NCBI GenBank assembly: GCA_963665235.2
Contig: CAXXLX010000002.1
Location: 512,001 to 576,000, forward strand
Direction: 5' to 3'
Length of the DNA stretch: 64,000 bases
Source of the DNA: Candidatus Poribacteria bacterium
GTDB lineage: Bacteria; Poribacteria; WGA-4E; WGA-3G
Shown here: in pieces, positions 58,501 through 64,000 of the stretch
Numbering within the stretch: position 1 is the first letter of the stretch
Layout: every line of letters starts with the position of its first letter
Notes under the pieces: generated by a model
Databases searched by the model: none
What the model saw: the letters and a program-made list of their open reading frames with translations, nothing else
What the model was told of the DNA's origin: nothing
Made by a program: the position numbers and the translations under genes

Positions 58501-58705
58501 TGTAAGCCCAACCAGCGGGCGGGCTGGATATACGGAAGGGGACTTACTTCTTACTTATGTCCTCACCGAACCGCAAGGAAATATCAATTTCAAGTTATTG
58601 ACCTAATCCGCCAAGAGTTGTAAGCCCAACCAGCGGGCGGGCTGGATATACGGAAGGGGACTTACTTCTTACTTATGTCCTCACCGAACCGCAAGGAAAT
58701 ATCAA
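58501..58705 (+). repeat. Exact 87-bp direct repeat (period 118) ending at the accC start
   Basis: 58501-58587 = 58619-58705. Confidence 0.85.
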
Positions 58706-60073
58706 ATGTTTCAAAAAATACTTATTGCAAATCGAGGCGAAATTGCTGTCCGTATCATCCGTGCATGTAAAGACATGGGTATAAAAAGCGTCGCTATCTT
58801 TTCAACTGCTGACAAAGATGCGTTGCATGTTAAATATGCCGATGAGGCTTACTGTATCGGCCCCCCGCCATCTTCAGAGAGCTATCTGAAATATTCGAGC
58901 ATCACGACAGTTGCGAATCTTGCCAATGTGGACGCTATTCATCCTGGGGCGGGATTTCTTGCGGAGGATGCCCAATTCGCTGAAATTTGTGAGGCGCACC
59001 AAATCAAATTTATCGGGCCCTCTATTAACGACCTCGTCACTATGGGGGATAAGGTTCAGGCGCGTGAAACAGTCGCAAAGTCGGGTTTGAATCTGGTTCC
59101 CGGGAGTCGGGCTTCCAAACGAAAGAAGGATAAGACCGGCACCGTTGCTACTGCGGAGGAGGCGGCGCAACTTGCGGAGAAAATCGGATATCCGGTCGGT
59201 ATTAAAGCGACCGCGGGCGGGGGTGGCCGCGGTATCCGAATCGCATACAATCGTCCGAGTTTGTTTAACCTCTTTCATATAGCAAAGGCGGAGGGCGAGG
59301 CTGCTTTCGGAAATGCTGATGTTTATATTGAAAAATGGATTGAAGACGCACGGCATATTGAGGTTCAAATTCTTGCCGATACGCACGGGAACGTTGTTCA
59401 TCTCGGTGAACGCGAATGCTCTATTCAACGTAAACAGCAGAAACTTCTTGAGGAAGCCCCCGCTGCATCGATCTCTTCTAAACTCCGAGCCGAAATTTGT
59501 AAAGCCGCAGCAAAAACCGCAAAAGCCATCGGGTACACAAACGCAGGAACGATTGAATTTGTGGTCGATAAAGCAGAAAACTTCTATTTCCTGGAAATGA
59601 ATACACGTATCCAGGTCGAACACACTATCACTGAAAGCCTTACAGGGATTGACCTGATTAAAGAGCAGATTCGGTTAGCGATGGGGCAGGAGCTTGGATA
59701 CAACCAGGCCGATATTGATTTTCAAGGACACGCCATCGAATGCCGAATTAATGCGGAAGACCCTAATAATGAATTTATGCCGTCGCCGGGGTTAGTTACA
59801 ACTTATCACCCGCCCAGCGGTATCGGTATCCGGGTCGATGGATATGTCTATGCTGGGTATACTGTCCCCCCGCACTACGATTCGCTCATAGCGAAACTTA
59901 TCGCAATCGGCAGGGACCGGGGAGAAGCTATCGCCCGAATGAAACGGGCCCTTTCTGAATTTGAAATAGAGGGGATAAAGACAACAATCCCGCTGCATCA
60001 GAATATTCTCAACGATGAACGTTTCCTCAACCGAGCTATTTTTACAAATTTTTTAAGCTCGTCTCGTTCTTAA
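58706..60073 (+). CDS. accC: Biotin carboxylase
   Basis: ANRGEIA, GGGGRG, ERECSIQR, EMNTRIQVEH, RINAE, YDSLIAK. Confidence 0.97.
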   Translation: MFQKILIANRGEIAVRIIRACKDMGIKSVAIFSTADKDALHVKYADEAYCIGPPPSSESYLKYSSITTVANLANVDAIHPGAGFLAEDAQFAEICEAHQIKFIGPSINDLVTMGDKVQARETVAKSGLNLVPGSRASKRKKDKTGTVATAEEAAQLAEKIGYPVGIKATAGGGGRGIRIAYNRPSLFNLFHIAKAEGEAAFGNADVYIEKWIEDARHIEVQILADTHGNVVHLGERECSIQRKQQKLLEEAPAASISSKLRAEICKAAAKTAKAIGYTNAGTIEFVVDKAENFYFLEMNTRIQVEHTITESLTGIDLIKEQIRLAMGQELGYNQADIDFQGHAIECRINAEDPNNEFMPSPGLVTTYHPPSGIGIRVDGYVYAGYTVPPHYDSLIAKLIAIGRDRGEAIARMKRALSEFEIEGIKTTIPLHQNILNDERFLNRAIFTNFLSSSRS

Positions 60074-60252
60074 TTCTATAAACATATCGTTATTGGCGAT
60101 TGGCAATTAGCGATTAGCAATTGGAAACCAGAGAAAGAAAACAAAGGGGGAGAGGGTTTTGACGCGCGGCATAAACCTGCTTAGAATCTAAAACTCTTGC
60201 TATAAGCCAATAGCCATTAGCCATTAGCCAGCGAAGCCAATAGTCAATTTAT

Positions 60253-62007
60253 ATGCATGCTTATCTTTACCGATTCATTTCCCTATATCTGCTCCTGTTT
60301 GCAATTACGACTGCACACCCTGTGACTTTTGTTGACGTAACAGATGAAGTGGGTATCCGTTTTCAGCATTCAAGCGGAACCCGCTCTAGCCTACTTGTAG
60401 AAGATATGGGGTCCGGAGCAGGTTTCGCTGATATCGATAACGATGGCGATATTGACCTGTATATCGTCAATATTCCCGGCCCCTTCAGGATAGAAGCGGC
60501 CGAACACACTCCCGAAGCCCATCTTCCAAGAACAACGGCTCCCGCAATAAACGCACTCTACCGAAACAATGGCGATGGCACTTTTACTGACATTACACGC
60601 CCAGCAGGCGTTGGACATTCCGGGTACGGCATGGGATGTGTTTTCGCCGATTATGATGCTGATGGCAACGTGGACCTCTATGTGACTAACTATGGAGAAA
60701 ATGTGCTTTACCGGAACAACGGCGACGGGACTTTTACCGATGTGACAAAGCACGCTGGGGTCGGATGTGAGTTGTGGAGCACAGGAGCTGTCTTCGCTGA
60801 TTACGATGGCGATAACGACCTTGACCTTTACGTATGCAACTATGTTACGTACGACCTCAAAAAATTTGAGCAGGAGAAAGCGGAATCTTTACAAGCCGGA
60901 AAAATGGTGCCAAACGCACTAAATCCCACTGTTTTTGAACCGCAAGACAACGTCCTCTATCGGAACAATGGCGATGGCACTTTTACCGATGCAACTACCG
61001 AAACGGGCACTGCTGCACCTGGCGGCAGAAGCATGCAAGCCATTTTTAGCGATTTTGATAACGACAACGATATGGACCTATATGTCGCAAATGATACTAC
61101 TGAAAATCACATTTATCAAAACGAGGGGGATGGCACTTTCACCGATGTTAGTGCTGACTCTTGGGCAGCAAACCCACACGGCTCCATGGGGTTAGCTGCT
61201 GGTGATTACGATGCTGATGGCGACATAGACCTGTTTATCAGCCACTGGATTGAGCAGGAGAATACCCTCTACAGAAACTTGTTGAAAGAGGGGGGAAACC
61301 CTATACAAACAGGCGGCGGGGCAAACCTGAAACAGACTCCGCCAGAAACGAAAAAACAGCTCCGATTCGTTGATGAAACCTATTCCACTCTGCTCGCTGA
61401 AGTCAGTATTAAAGATATCGGATGGGGCACGGCTCTCTTTGATTATGACAATGATGGCGACCTGGATATTTTCGTTGCAAACGGAAGTACGTTCCAAGAA
61501 CTTGACCGCCCCGAGGTGCTTATCCCACAACCCAATCGGTTATTTCGCAACGAGGCGGACAACATTTTTACCGATGTCAGTCAAGATGTCGGTATTGCGA
61601 AGCTCCCCCCGCGGGTGAGTCGCGGCACGGCGTTTGGCGACTATGATAACGATGGCGATATAGATATTTTCATCGTCAATAACTACGCTAAGCCAACGTT
61701 GTTGCGGAATGAGACTGTTTCTGCACAGAACGGTAATGGCAACAATTGGTTGCGCGTTAAATTGGTAGGGACATCCGGAAACATAGAGGCTATCGGTGCG
61801 AAAATCCAACTGAAAGTTGCGGACCTTACACAGCTCCGCGAAATTTACGCAGGGGATAGTTATATGTCGGCTAACAGTGTCTATGTCCAATTCGGGCTCG
61901 GCAGAGCCAAACTGATTCAGTCGCTTCAGATTACTTGGCCGAGTGGGGCAGTACAAGTCCTTCATAATATACCGATAAATCAGCGGATAGAAATTACGCA
62001 GGAGTAG
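60253..62007 (+). CDS. CRTAC1/ASPIC-UnbV protein with FG-GAP-like repeats
   Basis: Signal peptide; repeated D-DNDGD-DL and LYRNNGDGTFTD; C-terminal FGLG..I-WPSG. Confidence 0.92.
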   Translation: MHAYLYRFISLYLLLFAITTAHPVTFVDVTDEVGIRFQHSSGTRSSLLVEDMGSGAGFADIDNDGDIDLYIVNIPGPFRIEAAEHTPEAHLPRTTAPAINALYRNNGDGTFTDITRPAGVGHSGYGMGCVFADYDADGNVDLYVTNYGENVLYRNNGDGTFTDVTKHAGVGCELWSTGAVFADYDGDNDLDLYVCNYVTYDLKKFEQEKAESLQAGKMVPNALNPTVFEPQDNVLYRNNGDGTFTDATTETGTAAPGGRSMQAIFSDFDNDNDMDLYVANDTTENHIYQNEGDGTFTDVSADSWAANPHGSMGLAAGDYDADGDIDLFISHWIEQENTLYRNLLKEGGNPIQTGGGANLKQTPPETKKQLRFVDETYSTLLAEVSIKDIGWGTALFDYDNDGDLDIFVANGSTFQELDRPEVLIPQPNRLFRNEADNIFTDVSQDVGIAKLPPRVSRGTAFGDYDNDGDIDIFIVNNYAKPTLLRNETVSAQNGNGNNWLRVKLVGTSGNIEAIGAKIQLKVADLTQLREIYAGDSYMSANSVYVQFGLGRAKLIQSLQITWPSGAVQVLHNIPINQRIEITQE

Positions 62008-62015
62008 CAAGCAAT

Positions 62016-63401
62016 ATGAATACAATACACACAGGGTCGCCAAAATCGGTACTACTCACAGAAGCGGATATGTCCCTATTTCTTGATTACTATCAACTTA
62101 CGATGGGGCAGGCAGATTTTAACGCGAAAAATGAGGCGGTTATCACAGCGAACTACTATGTGCGTAGAATTCCGCAGGGGGAATATCTCGTCGCAGCCGG
62201 ACTTGAACAGGTTATTCACTATATTCTCAACCTACGTTTCACCGAGGAGCTCCTTACGGGATTAGCAGAACGCGGGGAATTGTCCCCAGATTACCTTGCG
62301 TCGCTAAAAGATTTCCGATTTGATGGGTCAATTTTCGCGCTTCCTGAAGGTACGCCTGTTTTTCCGAACGAACCGATTATCAATGTGACCGGTCGTTCTC
62401 GGGACGTTCAACTTTTTGAGACGTACCTGCTGTGTGTGATGAATTTTCAGACGTTAATTGCGACGAAAGCATCACGGATTGTCTCTGCTGCGCGCGGTAA
62501 ACCGGTTTTCGATTTCGGGGCGCGGCGTGCACACGGCAGAGACGCTGCTGTCCTTGCTGCTCGGGCAGCATTTATCGGCGGCGCACAAGCCACATCTCTC
62601 GTCCTTGCAGGCCACTATTTTGATATACCCTACGTTGGCACGATGGCGCATAAATTCATCTCCGAACGTCCGACCGAGATACAGGCGTTTCGAGAATACG
62701 CCGCGGCATTTCCACACAATACAATACTCCTAATTGATACCTACGGGACACTTGAGGGGGCGCGAAATGCATGTATTGTTGCCCATGAGATGGCAGCACG
62801 CGGGGAACGTTTACGCGCGGTCCGACTAGATAGCGGCGAGCTCTTCGCACTGAGCAAAAAGGTACGCCAGATTTTTGATGACGAAGGGCTGGACTATGTG
62901 CAAATCCTTGCAAGTCACGACTTGGACGAATTCCAGATAGATGCCTTATGCAAAAAAGATGCGCCGCTTGACGCATTCGGAGTCGGTACACGCCTGGCTA
63001 CAGGCGCGAATTTTAACCCGTTCACAGGCGAAGGGGGACCGTCGGCACTCGGCGGGGTTTACAAATTGGTAGAACGCGATGGAGTTCCCAAAGGGAAACA
63101 GTCGCTTGATGAACCCGCAAAGGCGACTATCCCCGGAAAAAAACAGGTGTATCGATACACCGGACCCGATGGGTATTACTGTAAAGACGATATAACCCCG
63201 TGGGATGAACCAAGTCGTGCAGACGCTAATCCGCTGTTAATTCCGATTGTCAAAAATGGTGAGTTGGTTTATAAGTTCCCATCCGTGTGGGACATTCAGC
63301 ATCATGCAACGTCAGAACTTGCCAAATTGCCTGATTCACATAAAACGTTAACTGATGCTACACCGTATCTTGTGGAACTGCACCCGGCACTGAAAGTCTG
63401 A
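62016..63401 (+). CDS. pncB: Nicotinate phosphoribosyltransferase
   Basis: D-YQLTM, DFGARRAHG, GTMAH, LIDTY, VRLDSG, GVYKLVE, PGKKQVYR. Confidence 0.95.
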   Translation: MNTIHTGSPKSVLLTEADMSLFLDYYQLTMGQADFNAKNEAVITANYYVRRIPQGEYLVAAGLEQVIHYILNLRFTEELLTGLAERGELSPDYLASLKDFRFDGSIFALPEGTPVFPNEPIINVTGRSRDVQLFETYLLCVMNFQTLIATKASRIVSAARGKPVFDFGARRAHGRDAAVLAARAAFIGGAQATSLVLAGHYFDIPYVGTMAHKFISERPTEIQAFREYAAAFPHNTILLIDTYGTLEGARNACIVAHEMAARGERLRAVRLDSGELFALSKKVRQIFDDEGLDYVQILASHDLDEFQIDALCKKDAPLDAFGVGTRLATGANFNPFTGEGGPSALGGVYKLVERDGVPKGKQSLDEPAKATIPGKKQVYRYTGPDGYYCKDDITPWDEPSRADANPLLIPIVKNGELVYKFPSVWDIQHHATSELAKLPDSHKTLTDATPYLVELHPALKV

Positions 63402-63490
63402 ATCACGGATTATCGCGGATTACACGGATTACGCGGATTGACACTCTGTAACATCAAATTATCTGCTAAGCGGACAGCTTTGTTAGGCTG

Positions 63491-64000
63491 CTATGCCTGC
63501 GGCGGTGTCAGCAGTGCGGCGATGTCTTCTGGTAGTTTGATATTATGTTTCTGTTCAAAGTCGGCAACGTTTCTGTAATCCTTACCAAAAATCTCAACGA
63601 TAATATTTTTCGCCATATCCGTGGCGGACTTCAGATCCGATTTTGCCTTCTCCCACTCTTGCAAGTGTAAAAATGCCATACCGCGATTGTAATATGCCTC
63701 GGCAAAATTCGGGTTGCGTTCTATTGCTGTGTTATAGTCGTCAATAGCCCGTTGATACTCGCCTTTTCGCGAATAAGCATTACCCCGATTGTTATAGGGA
63801 TGGACGCGGCTCGGTATCAGCTCTATCGCCTTGCTATAATCTACAATTGCGTTATCATACTCCTGTTTATCAAAGTAAACGATACCACGGTTGTAATACG
63901 GATAGGCAAAATTGGGATCCAGTTCTATTGCTGTGTTATAGTCGTCAATAGCGAGCTCGTAATCACCTTTGAGTTTATGAACTATCCCACGGTTATTATA
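63491..64000 (-). CDS. 3' part of a TPR protein with the same C-terminal cap (partial)
   Basis: Y-NRG TPR units read off the window edge; LHLQEWEKA..DL....VADFEQKH..LPEDIAALL. Confidence 0.85.
   Translation of the reverse strand, partial: YNNRGIVHKLKGDYELAIDDYNTAIELDPNFAYPYYNRGIVYFDKQEYDNAIVDYSKAIELIPSRVHPYNNRGNAYSRKGEYQRAIDDYNTAIERNPNFAEAYYNRGMAFLHLQEWEKAKSDLKSATDMAKNIIVEIFGKDYRNVADFEQKHNIKLPEDIAALLTPPQA

Noticed and set aside
1-64000. tRNA, rRNA, riboswitch
   Set aside because: None recognised by eye; an Infernal/tRNAscan run would be needed to exclude them

Overview
64-kb bacterial chromosomal window. Gene content (four PhyH dioxygenases, sulfatase, FGE-domain, CRTAC1, BatA/vWA, many TPR proteins, Uma2, Rpn) suggests a Candidatus Poribacteria-like sponge symbiont; this is inference, not a database result. 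Housekeeping genes (tsaD/tsaC, purL/purQ, rph, rdgB, efp, accB/accC, pncB, an Rsb partner-switching trio) alternate with accessory islets. The islets are an ARH-Rpn-Mrr-Mrr cluster, a TPR-TPR-Dam-UvrD/GIY-YIG cluster, IS200/IS605 elements and a histidine-triad membrane protein family. The strongest signal is intergenic. Seven TSD-flanked MITEs from six end families all carry REP-type hairpins. One locus (26.1-27.1 kb) is nested like a Russian doll around a 10-unit 36-bp array that mimics CRISPR but is not one. About 28-nt hairpins sit inside other hairpins, and a GGTTTCC motif recurs as if TTT had been inserted into GGCC. Other candidates for undescribed systems: a helicase with an internal GIY-YIG nuclease next to an orphan methylase, and HxxHxH proteins with a constant N-terminus, variable C-terminus and an orphan cassette. 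No rRNA, tRNA, cas genes or reverse transcriptase were recognised. Coordinates were read by eye and may be off by 1-2 bp.
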